Below are positions 42,201 to 55,690 of a DNA stretch of 64,000 bases, piece after piece. Where the stretch lies: contig OZ024743.1 in the NCBI GenBank assembly GCA_964016885.1, positions 374,232,001 to 374,296,000 of the forward strand, read 5' to 3'. Source of the stretch: Eledone cirrhosa. Lineage: Eukaryota. The position numbers and the translations under genes are program-made. Each line of letters opens with the position of its first letter. Within the stretch, counting starts at the first letter, position 1. The notes under the pieces were generated by a model. It was not told where the DNA came from and did not search any database. It saw only the letters and a list, made by a program, of their open reading frames with translations.

Positions 42201-44930
42201 CACGGTACTACTGACTTACTCTACATGTTTATAGCCAACACTTGTTGCACTTTATGGTGCAGAGAACACGGTACTACTGACTTACTCTACATGTTTATAG
42301 CCAACACTTGTTGCACTTTATGGTGCAGAGAACACGGTACTACTGACTTACTCTACATGTTTATAGCCAACACTTGTTGCACTTTATGGTGCAGAGAACA
42401 CGGTACTACTGACTTACTCTACATGTTTATAGCCAACACTTGTTGCACTTTATGGTGCAGAGAACACGGTACTACTGACTTACTCTACATGTTTATAGCC
42501 AACACTTGTTGCACTTTATGGTGCAGAGAACACGGTTCTACTGACTTACTCTACATGTTTATAGCCAACACTTGTTGCACTTTAGGATGCAGAGAACACG
42601 GTACTACTGACTTACTCTACATGTTTATAGCCAACACTTGTTGCACTTTATGGTGCAGAGAACACGGTTCTACTGACTTACTCTACATGTTTATAGCCAA
42701 CACTTGTTGCACTTTAGGATGCAGAGAACACGGTACTACTGACTTACTCTACATGTTTATAGCCAACACTTGTTGCACTTTATGGTGCAGAGAACACGGT
42801 ACTACTGACTTACTTTACATGTTTATAGCCAACACTTGTTGCACTTTATGGTGCAGAGAACAAAGTACTACTGACTTACTCTACATGTTTATAGCCAACA
42901 CTTGTTGCACTTTATGGTGCAGAGAACACGGTACTACTGACTTAATCTACATGTTTTTAGCCAACACTTGTTGCACTTTATGGTGCAGAGAACACGGTAC
43001 TACTGACTTACTCTACATGTTTATAGCCAACACTTGTTGCACTTTATGGTGCAGAGAACACGGTACTACTGACTTACTCTACATGTTTATAGCCAACACT
43101 TGTTGCACTTTATGGTGCAGAGAACACGGTACTACTGACTTACTCTACATGTTTATAGCCAACACTTGTTGCACTTTATGGTGCAGAGAACACGGTACTA
43201 CTGACTTACTCTACATGTTTATAGCCAACACTTGTTGCACTTTATGGTGCAGAGAACACGGTACTACTGACTTACTCTACATGTTTATAGCCAACACTTG
43301 TTGCACTTTATGGTGCAGAGAACACGGTTCTACTGACTTACTCTACATGTTTATAGCCAACACTTGTTGCACTTTAGGATGCAGAGAACACGGTACTACT
43401 GACTTACTCTACATGTTTATAGCCAACACTTGTTGCACTTTATGGTGCAGAGAACACGGTTCTACTGACTTACTCTACATGTTTATAGCCAACACTTGTT
43501 GCACTTTAGGATGCAGAGAACACGGTACTACTGACTTACTCTACATGTTTATAGCCAACACTTGTTGCACTTTATGGTGCAGAGAACACGGTACTACTGA
43601 CTTACTTTACATGTTTATAGCCAACACTTGTTGCACTTTATGGTGCAGAGAACAAAGTACTACTGACTTACTCTACATGTTTATAGCCAACACTTGTTGC
43701 ACTTTATGGTGCAGAGAACACGGTACTACTGACTTAATCTACATGTTTTTAGCCAACACTTGTTGCACTTTATGGTGCAGAGAACACGGTACTACTGACT
43801 TACTCTACATGTTTATAGCCAACACCTGTTGCAATTTATGGTGCAGAGAACACGGTACTACTGACTTACTCTACATGTTTATAGCCAACACTTGTTGCAC
43901 TTTATGGTGCAGAGAACACGGTTCTACTGACTTACTCTACATGTTTATAGCCAACACTTGTTGCACTTTAGGATGCAGAGAACACGGTACTACTGACTTA
44001 CTCTACATGTTTATAGCCAACACTTGTTGCACTTTATGGTGCAGAGAACACGGTACTACTGACTTACTCTACATGTTTATAGCCAACACTTGTTGCACTT
44101 TATGGTGCAGAGAACACGGTACTACTGACTTACTCTACATGTTTATAGCCAACACTTGTTGCACTTTATGGTGCAGAGAACACGGTACTACTGACTTACT
44201 CTACATGTTTATAGCCAACACTTGTTGCACTTTATGGTGCAGAGAACACGGTACTACTGACTTACTCTACATGTTTATAGCCAACACTTGTTGCACTTTA
44301 TGGTGCAGAGAACACGGTTCTACTGACTTACTCTACATGTTTATAGCCAACACTTGTTGCACTTTAGGATGCAGAGAACACGGTACTACTGACTTACTCT
44401 ACATGTTTATAGCCAACACTTGTTGCACTTTATGGTGCAGAGAACACGGTTCTACTGACTTACTCTACATGTTTATAGCCAACACTTGTTGCACTTTAGG
44501 ATGCAGAGAACACGGTACTACTGACTTACTCTACATGTTTATAGCCAACACTTGTTGCACTTTATGGTGCAGAGAACACGGTACTACTGACTTACTTTAC
44601 ATGTTTATAGCCAACACTTGTTGCACTTTATGGTGCAGAGAACAAAGTACTACTGACTTACTCTACATGTTTATAGCCAACACTTGTTGCACTTTATGGT
44701 GCAGAGAACACGGTACTACTGACTTAATCTACATGTTTTTAGCCAACACTTGTTGCACTTTATGGTGCAGAGAACACGGTACTACTGACTTACTCTACAT
44801 GTTTATAGCCAACACCTGTTGCAATTTATGGTGCAGAGAACACGGTACTACTGACTTACTCTACATGTTTATAGCCAACACTTGTTGCACTTTATGGTGC
44901 AGAGAACACGGTACTACTGACTTACTCTAC
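42159..44930. repeat. Three copies of a 12-15 monomer block
   Basis: The marker series CTTTAC, CAAAGT, TTAATC, ATGTTTTTA occurs at ~42814, 43606 and 44596, with spacings 792 = 12x66 and 990 = 15x66. Confidence 0.8.
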
Positions 44931-45589
44931 ATGTTTGTAGCCAACACTTGTTGCACTTTAGGATGCAGAGAACACGGTACTACTGACTTACTCTACATGT
45001 TTATAGCCAACACTTGTTGCACTTTATGGTGCAGAGAACACGGTACTGCTGACTTACTCTACATGTTTATAGCCAACACTTGTTGTACATTAGGATGCAG
45101 AGAACTCGGTACTGCTGACTTACTCTACATGTTTATAGCCAACACTTGTTGCACTTTAGGATGCAGAGAACACGGTACTACTGACTTACTCTACATGTTT
45201 ATAGCCAACACTTGTTGCACTTTATGGTGCAGAGAACACAGTATTACTGACTTACTCTACATGTTTATAGCCAACACTTGTTGCACTTCATGGTGCAGAG
45301 AACACGGTTCTACTGACCTACTCTACATGTTTATAGCCAACACTTGTTGCACTTTAGGATGCAGAGAACACGGTACTACTGACTTACTCTACATGTTTAT
45401 AGCCAACACTTGTTGCACTTTAGGATGCAGAGAACACGGTACTACTGATTTACTCTACATGTTTATAGCCAACACTTGTTGCAATTTATGGTGCAGAGAA
45501 CACGGTTCTACTGACCTACTCTACATGTTTATAGCCAACACTTGTTGCAATTTAGGATGCAGAGAACACGGTACTACTGACTTACTCTA

Positions 45590-48500
45590 CATGTTTATAG
45601 CCAACACTTGTTGCACTTTATGGTGCAGAGAACACGGTACTACTGACTTACTCTACATGTTTATAGCCAACACTTGTTGCACTTTAGGATGCAGAGAACA
45701 CGGTACTACTGACTTACTCTACATGTTTATAGCCAACACTTGTTGCACCTTATGGTGCAGAGAACACGGTACTACTGACTTACTCTACATGTTTATAGCC
45801 AACACTTGTTGCACTTTAGGATGCAGAGAACACGGTATTACTGACTTACTCTACATGTTTATAGCCAACACTTGTTGCACTTTAGGATGCAGAGAACACG
45901 GTACTACTGACTTACTCTACATGTTTATAGCCAACACTTGTTGCACTTTATGGTGCAGAGAACACGGTACTGCTGACTTACTCTACATGTTTATAGCCAA
46001 CACTTGTAGTACTTTAGTATGCAGAGAACACGGTACTACTGACTTACTCTACATGTTTATAGCCAACACCTGTTGCACTTTATGGTGCAGAGAACACGGT
46101 ACTACTGATTTACTCCACATGTTTATAGCCAACACTTGTTGCACTTTAGGATGCAGAGAACACGGTACTACTGACTTACTCTAAATGTTTATAGCCAACA
46201 CTTGTTGCACTTTATGGTGCAGAGAACACGGTACTACTGACTTACTCTACATGTTTATAGCCAACACTTGTTGCACTTTATGGTGCAGAGAACACGGTAC
46301 TGCTGACTTACTCTACATGTTTATAGCCAACACTTGTTGTACATTAGGATGCAGAGAACACGGTAGTGCTGACTTACTCTACATGTTTATAGCCAACACT
46401 TGTTGCACTTTAGGATGCAGAGAACACGGTACTACTGACTTACTCTACATGTTTATAGCCAACACTTGTTGCACTTTATGGTGCAGAGAACACGGTACTA
46501 CTGACTTACTCTACATGTTTATAGCCAACACTTGTTGCACTTTATGGTGCAGAGAACACGGTACTACTGACTTACTCTACATGTTTATAGCCAACACTTG
46601 TTGCACTTTATGGTGCAGAGAACACGGTACTACTGACTTACTCTACATGTTTATAGCCAACACTTGTTGCACTTTATGGTGCAGAGAACACGGTACTACT
46701 GACTTACTCTACATGTTTATAGCCAACACTTGTTGCACCTTATGGTGCAGAGAACACGGTACTACTGACTTACTCTACATGTTTATAGCCAACACTTGTT
46801 GCTCTTTAGGATGCAGAGAACACGGTACTGCTGACTTACTCTACATGTTTATAGCCAACACTTCTTGCACTTTAGGATGCAGAGAACACGGTATTACTGA
46901 CTTACTCTACATGTTTATAGCCAACACTTGTTGCACTTTAGGATGCAGAGAACACGGTACTACTGACTTACTCTACATGTTTATAGCCAACACTTGTTGC
47001 ACTTTATGGTGCAGAGAACACGGTACTGCTGACTTACTCTACATGTTTATAGCCAACACTTGTTGTAATTTAGGATGCAGAGAACACGGTACTGCTGACT
47101 TACTCTACATGTTTATAGCCAACACTTGTTGCACTTTAGTATGCAGAGAACACGGTACTACTGACTTACTCTACATGTTTATAGCCAACACTTGTTGCAC
47201 TTTATGGTGCAGAGAACACGGTACTACTGATTTACTCCACATGTTTATAGCCAACACTTGTTGCACTTTAGGATTCAGAGAACACGGTACTACTGACTTA
47301 CTCTACATGTTTATAGCCAACACTTGTTGCACTTTATGGTGCAGAGAACACGGTACTGCTGACTTACTCTACATGTTTATAGCCAACACTTGTTGTACAT
47401 TAGGATGCAGAGAACTCGGTACTGCTGACTTACTCTACATGTTTATAGCCAACAATTGTTGCACTTTAGGATGAAGAGAACACGGTACTACTGACTTACT
47501 CTACATGTTTATAGCCAACACTTGTTGCACTTTATGGTGCAGAGAACACGGTACTACTGACTTACTCTACATGTTTATAGCCAACACTTGGTGCACTTTA
47601 TGGTGCAGAGAACACGGTACTACTGACTTACTCTACATGTTTATAGCCAACACTTGTTGCACTTTAGGATGCAGAGAACACGGTACTACTGACTTACTCT
47701 ACATGTTTATAGCCAACACTTGTTGCACTTTATGGTGCAGAGAACACGGTACTACTGACTTACTCTACATGTTTATAGCCAACACTTGTTGCACTTTATG
47801 GTGCAGAGAACACGGTACTACTGACTTACTCTACATGTTTATAGCCAACACTTGTTGCACTTTATGGTGCAGAGAACACGGTACTACTGACTTACTCTAC
47901 ATGTTTATAGCCAACACTTGTTGCACTTTATGGTGCAGAGAACACGGTACTACTGACTTACTCTACATGTTTATAGCCAACACTTGGTGCACTTTATGGT
48001 TCAGAGAACACGGTTCTACTGACTTACTCTACATGTTTATAGCCAACACTTGTTGCACTTTAGGATGCAGAGAACACGGTACTACTGACTTACTCTACAT
48101 GTTTATAGCCAACACTTGTTGCACTTTATGGTGCAGAGAACACGGTACTACTGACTTACTCTACATGTTTATAGCCAACACTTGTTGCACTTTATGGTGC
48201 AGAGAACACGGTACTACTGACTTACTCTACATGTTTATAGCCAACACTTGTTGCACTTTATGGTGCAGAGAACACGGTACTACTGACTTACTCTACATGT
48301 TTATAGCCAACACTTGTTGCACTTTAGGATGCAGAGAACACGGTACTACTGACTTACTCTACATGTTTATAGCCAACACTTGTTGCAATTTATGGTGCAG
48401 AGAACACGGTTCTACTGACTTACTCTACATGTTTATAGCCAACACTTGTTGCACTTTAGGATGCAGAGAACACGGTACTACTGACTTACTCTACATGTTT

Positions 48501-51500
48501 ATAGCCAACACTTGTTGCACTTTATGGTGCAGAGAACACGGTACTACTGACTTACTCTACATGTTTATAGCCAACACTTGTTGCACTTTATGGTGCAGAG
48601 AACACGGTACTACTGACTTACTCTACATGTTTATAGCCAACACTTGTTGCACTTTATGGTGCAGAGAACACGGTACTACTGACTTACTCTACATGTTTAT
48701 AGCCAACACTTGTTGCACTTTATGGTGCAGAGAACACGGTACTACTGACTTACTCTACATGTTTATAGCCAACACTTGGTGCACTTTATGGTGCAGAGAA
48801 CACGGTTCTACTGACTTACTCTACATGTTTATAGCCAACACTTGTTGCACTTTAGGATGCAGAGAACACGGTACTACTGACTTACTCTACATGTTTATAG
48901 CCAACACTTGTTGCACTTTATGGTGCAGAGAACACGGTTCTACTGACTTACTCTACATGTTTATAGCCAACACTTGTTGCACTTTAGGATGCAGAGAACA
49001 CGGTACTACTGACTTACTCTACATGTTTATAGCCAACACTTGTTGCACTTTATGGTGCAGAGAACACGGTACTACTGACTTACTTTACATGTTTATAGCC
49101 AACACTTGTTGCACTTTAGGATGCAGAGAACACGGTACTACTGACTTACTCTACATGTTTATAGCCAACACTTGTTGCACTTTATGGTGCAGAGAACACG
49201 GTACTGCTGACTTACTCTACATGTTTATAGCCAACACTTGTTGTACATTAGGATGCAGAGAACACGGTACTGCTGACTTACTCTACATGTTTATAGCCAA
49301 CACTTGTTGCACTTTAGGATGCAGAGAACACGGTACTACTGACTTACTCTACATGTTTATAGCCAACACTTGTTGCACTTTATGGTGCAGAGAACACGGT
49401 ACTACTGACTTACTCTACATGTTTATAGCCAACACTTGTTGCACTTTATGGTGCAGAGAACACGGTACTACTGACTTACTCTACATGTTTATAGCCAACA
49501 CTTGTTGCACTTTATGGTGCAGAGAACACGGTACTACTGACTTACTCTACATGTTTATAGCCAACACTTGTTGCACTTTATGGTGCAGAGAACACGGTAC
49601 TACTGATTTACTCCACATGTTTATAGCCAACACTTGCTGCACTTTAGGATGCAGAGAACACGGTACTACTGACGTACTCTACATGTTTATAGCCAACACT
49701 TGTTGCACTTTATGGTGCAGAGAACACGGTACTACTGACTTACTCTACATGTTTATAGCCAACACTTGTTGCACTTTATGGTGCAGAGAACACGGTACTA
49801 CTGACTTACTCTACATGTTTATAGCCAACACTTGTTGCACTTTAGGATGCAGAGAACACGGTACTACTGACTTACGCTACATGTTTATAGCCAACACTTG
49901 TTGCAATTTATGGTGCAGAGAACACGGTTCTACTGACTTACTCTACATGTTTATAGCCAAAACTTGTTGCACTTTAGGATGCAGAGAACACGGTACTACT
50001 GATTTACTCTACATGTTTATAGCCAACACTTGTTGCACTTTATGGTGCAGAGAACACGGTACTACTGACTTACTCTACATGTTTATAGCCAACACTTGTT
50101 GCACTTTAGGATGCAGAGAACACGGTACTACTGACTTACTCTACATGTTTATAGCCAACACTTGTTGCACCTTATGGTGCAGAGAACACGGTACTACTGA
50201 CTTACTCTACATGTTTATAGCCAACACTTGTTGCACTTTAGGATGCAGAGAACACGGTATTACTGACTTACTCTACATGTTTATAGCCAACACTTGTTGC
50301 ACTTTAGGATGCAGAGAACACGGTACTACTGACTTACTCTACATGTTTATAGCCAACACTTGTTGCACTTTATGGTGCAGAGAACACGGTACTGCTGACT
50401 TACTCTACATGTTTATAGCCAACACTTGTAGTACTTTAGTATGCAGAGAACACGGTACTACTGACTTACTCTACATGTTTATAGCCAACACCTGTTGCAC
50501 TTTATGGTGCAGAGAACACGGTACTACTGATTTACTCCACATGTTTATAGCCAACACTTGTTGCACTTTAGGATGCAGAGAACACGGTACTACTGACTTA
50601 CTCTACATGTTTATAGCCAACACTTGTTGCACTTTATGGTGCAGAGAACACGGTACTACTGACTTACTCTACATGTTTATAGCCAACACTTGTTGCACTT
50701 TATGGTGCAGAGAACACGGTACTGCTGACTTACTCTACATGTTTATAGCCAACACTTGTTGTACATTAGGATGCAGAGAACACGGTAGTGCTGACTTACT
50801 CTACATGTTTATAGCCAACACTTGTTGCACTTTAGGATGCAGAGAACACGGTACTACTGACTTACTCTACATGTTTATAGCCAACACTTGTTGCACTTTA
50901 TGGTGCAGAGAACACGGTACTACTGACTTACTCTACATGTTTATAGCCAACACTTGTTGCACTTTATGGTGCAGAGAACACGGTACTACTGACTTACTCT
51001 ACATGTTTATAGCCAACACTTGTTGCACTTTATGGTGCAGAGAACACGGTACTACTGACTTACTCTACATGTTTATAGCCAACACTTGTTGCACTTTATG
51101 GTGCAGAGAACACGGTACTACTGACTTACTCTACATGTTTATAGCCAACACTTGTTGCACTTTATGGTGCAGAGAACACGGTACTACTGACTTACTCTAC
51201 ATGTTTATAGCCAACACTTGTTGCACCTTATGGTGCAGAGAACACGGTACTACTGACTTACTCTACATGTTTATAGCCAACACTTGTTGCTCTTTAGGAT
51301 GCAGAGAACACGGTACTGCTGACTTACTCTACATGTTTATAGCCAACACTTCTTGCACTTTAGGATGCAGAGAACACGGTATTACTGACTTACTCTACAT
51401 GTTTATAGCCAACACTTGTTGCACTTTAGGATGCAGAGAACACGGTACTACTGACTTACTCTACATGTTTATAGCCAACACTTGTTGCACTTTATGGTGC

Positions 51501-54500
51501 AGAGAACACGGTACTGCTGACTTACTCTACATGTTTATAGCCAACACTTGTTGTAATTTAGGATGCAGAGAACACGGTACTGCTGACTTACTCTACATGT
51601 TTATAGCCAACACTTGTTGCACTTTAGTATGCAGAGAACACGGTACTACTGACTTACTCTACATGTTTATAGCCAACACTTGTTGCACTTTATGGTGCAG
51701 AGAACACGGTACTACTGATTTACTCCACATGTTTATAGCCAACACTTGTTGCACTTTAGGATTCAGAGAACACGGTACTACTGACTTACTCTACATGTTT
51801 ATAGCCAACACTTGTTGCACTTTATGGTGCAGAGAACACGGTACTGCTGACTTACTCTACATGTTTATAGCCAACACTTGTTGTACATTAGGATGCAGAG
51901 AACTCGGTACTGCTGACTTACTCTACATGTTTATAGCCAACAATTGTTGCACTTTAGGATGAAGAGAACACGGTACTACTGACTTACTCTACATGTTTAT
52001 AGCCAACACTTGTTGCACTTTATGGTGCAGAGAACACGGTACTACTGACTTACTCTACATGTTTATAGCCAACACTTGGTGCACTTTATGGTGCAGAGAA
52101 CACGGTACTACTGACTTACTCTACATGTTTATAGCCAACACTTGTTGCACTTTAGGATGCAGAGAACACGGTACTACTGACTTACTCTACATGTTTATAG
52201 CCAACACTTGTTGCACTTTATGGTGCAGAGAACACGGTACTACTGACTTACTCTACATGTTTATAGCCAACACTTGTTGCACTTTATGGTGCAGAGAACA
52301 CGGTACTACTGACTTACTCTACATGTTTATAGCCAACACTTGTTGCACTTTATGGTGCAGAGAACACGGTACTACTGACTTACTCTACATGTTTATAGCC
52401 AACACTTGTTGCACTTTATGGTGCAGAGAACACGTTACTACTGACTTACTCTACATGTTTATAGCCAACACTTGGTGCACTTTATGGTTCAGAGAACACG
52501 GTTCTACTGACTTACTCTACATGTTTATAGCCAACACTTGTTGCACTTTAGGATGCAGAGAACACGGTACTACTGACTTACTCTACATGTTTATAGCCAA
52601 CACTTGTTGCACTTTATGGTGCAGAGAACACGGTACTACTGACTTACTCTACATGTTTATAGCCAACACTTGTTGCACTTTATGGTGCAGAGAACACGGT
52701 ACTACTGACTTACTCTACATGTTTATAGCCAACACTTGTTGCACTTTATGGTGCAGAGAACACGGTACTACTGACTTACTCTACATGTTTATAGCCAACA
52801 CTTGTTGCACTTTAGGATGCAGAGAACACGGTACTACTGACTTACTCTACATGTTTATAGCCAACACTTGTTGCAATTTATGGTGCAGAGAACACGGTTC
52901 TACTGACTTACTCTACATGTTTATAGCCAACACTTGTTGCACTTTAGGATGCAGAGAACACGGTACTACTGACTTACTCTACATGTTTATAGCCAACACT
53001 TGTTGCACTTTATGGTGCAGAGAACACGGTACTACTGACTTACTCTACATGTTTATAGCCAACACTTGTTGCACTTTATGGTGCAGAGAACACGGTACTA
53101 CTGACTTACTCTACATGTTTATAGCCAACACTTGTTGCACTTTATGGTGCAGAGAACACGGTACTACTGACTTACTCTACATGTTTATAGCCAACACTTG
53201 TTGCACTTTATGGTGCAGAGAACACGGTACTACTGACTTACTCTACATGTTTATAGCCAACACTTGTTGCACTTTATGGTGCAGAGAACACGGTACTACT
53301 GACTTACTCTACATGTTTATAGCCAACACTTGTTGCACTTTATGGTGCAGAGAACACGGTACTACTGACTTACTCTACATGTTTATAGCCAACACTTGTT
53401 GCACTTTATGGTGCAGAGAACACGGTACTACTGACTTACTCTACATGTTTATAGCCAACACTTGTTGCACTTTATGGTGCAGAGAACACGGTACTACTGA
53501 CTTACTCTACATGTTTATAGCCAACACTTGTTGCACTTTATGGTGCAGAGAACACGGTACTACTGACTTACTCTACATGTTTATAGCCAACACTTGTTGC
53601 ACTTTATGGTGCAGAGAACACGGTACTACTGACTTACTCTACATGTTTATAGCCAACACTTGTTGCACTTTATGGTGCAGAGAACACGGTACTACTGACT
53701 TACTCTACATGTTTATAGCCAACACTTGTTGCACCTTATGGTGCAGAGAACACGGTACTACTGACTTACTCTACATGTTTATAGCCAACACTTGTTGCTC
53801 TTTAGGATGCAGAGAACACGGTACTGCTGACTTACTCTACATGTTTATAGCCAACACTTCTTGCACTTTAGGATGCAGAGAACACGGTATTACTGACTTA
53901 CTCTACATGTTTATAGCCAACACTTGTTGCACTTTAGGATGCAGAGAACACGGTACTACTGACTTACTCTACATGTTTATAGCCAACACTTGTTGCACTT
54001 TATGGTGCAGAGAACACGGTACTGCTGACTTACTCTACATGTTTATAGCCAACACTTGTTGTAATTTAGGATGCAGAGAACACGGTACTGCTGACTTACT
54101 CTACATGTTTATAGCCAACACTTGTTGCACTTTAGTATGCAGAGAACACGGTACTACTGACTTACTCTACATGTTTATAGCCAACACTTGTTGCACTTTA
54201 TGGTGCAGAGAACACGGTACTACTGATTTACTCCACATGTTTATAGCCAACACTTGTTGCACTTTAGGATTCAGAGAACACGGTACTACTGACTTACTCT
54301 ACATGTTTATAGCCAACACTTGTTGCACTTTATGGTGCAGAGAACACGGTACTGCTGACTTACTCTACATGTTTATAGCCAACACTTGTTGTACATTAGG
54401 ATGCAGAGAACTCGGTACTGCTGACTTACTCTACATGTTTATAGCCAACAATTGTTGCACTTTAGGATGAAGAGAACACGGTACTACTGACTTACTCTAC

Positions 54501-55690
54501 ATGTTTATAGCCAACACTTGTTGCACTTTATGGTGCAGAGAACACGGTACTACTGACTTACTCTACATGTTTATAGCCAACACTTGGTGCACTTTATGGT
54601 GCAGAGAACACGGTACTACTGACTTACTCTACATGTTTATAGCCAACACTTGTTGCACTTTAGGATGCAGAGAACACGGTACTACTGACTTACTCTACAT
54701 GTTTATAGCCAACACTTGTTGCACTTTATGGTGCAGAGAACACGGTACTACTGACTTACTCTACATGTTTATAGCCAACACTTGTTGCACTTTATGGTGC
54801 AGAGAACACGGTACTACTGACTTACTCTACATGTTTATAGCCAACACTTGTTGCACTTTATGGTGCAGAGAACACGGTACTACTGACTTACTCTACATGT
54901 TTATAGCCAACACTTGTTGCACTTTATGGTGCAGAGAACACGTTACTACTGACTTACTCTACATGTTTATAGCCAACACTTGGTGCACTTTATGGTTCAG
55001 AGAACACGGTTCTACTGACTTACTCTACATGTTTATAGCCAACACTTGTTGCACTTTAGGATGCAGAGAACACGGTACTACTGACTTACTCTACATGTTT
55101 ATAGCCAACACTTGTTGCACTTTATGGTGCAGAGAACACGGTACTACTGACTTACTCTACATGTTTATAGCCAACACTTGTTGCACTTTATGGTGCAGAG
55201 AACACGGTACTACTGACTTACTCTACATGTTTATAGCCAACACTTGTTGCACTTTATGGTGCAGAGAACACGGTACTACTGACTTACTCTACATGTTTAT
55301 AGCCAACACTTGTTGCACTTTAGGATGCAGAGAACACGGTACTACTGACTTACTCTACATGTTTATAGCCAACACTTGTTGCAATTTATGGTGCAGAGAA
55401 CACGGTTCTACTGACTTACTCTACATGTTTATAGCCAACACTTGTTGCACTTTAGGATGCAGAGAACACGGTACTACTGACTTACTCTACATGTTTATAG
55501 CCAACACTTGTTGCACTTTATGGTGCAGAGAACACGGTACTACTGACTTACTCTACATGTTTATAGCCAACACTTGTTGCACTTTATGGTGCAGAGAACA
55601 CGGTACTACTGACTTACTCTACATGTTTATAGCCAACACTTGTTGCACTTTATGGTGCAGAGAACACGGTACTACTGACTTACTCTACAT
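45590..55690. repeat. Nested higher-order repeats of 67-68 monomers (4422/4488 bp) and 38 monomers (2508 bp)
   Basis: The cassette TGCTCT, TCTTGC, TGTAAT, TTAGTA, GGATTC, GAACTC, AACAAT/GGATGA ends at 47474, 51962 and 54470 (spacings 4488 = 68x66 and 2508 = 38x66). The CACGTT marker also recurs at 2508 bp (~52433/54941). Confidence 0.85.

Noticed and set aside
45-54470. Long + strand ORFs (up to 1825 aa) of the repeat MFIANTCCTLWCREHGTTDLLY as protein-coding genes
   Set aside because: A 66-bp unit with one stop-free frame out of six is expected by chance. Most variants are non-synonymous, stops and frameshifts are copied along with the higher-order repeats, and there is no unique N- or C-terminal domain.
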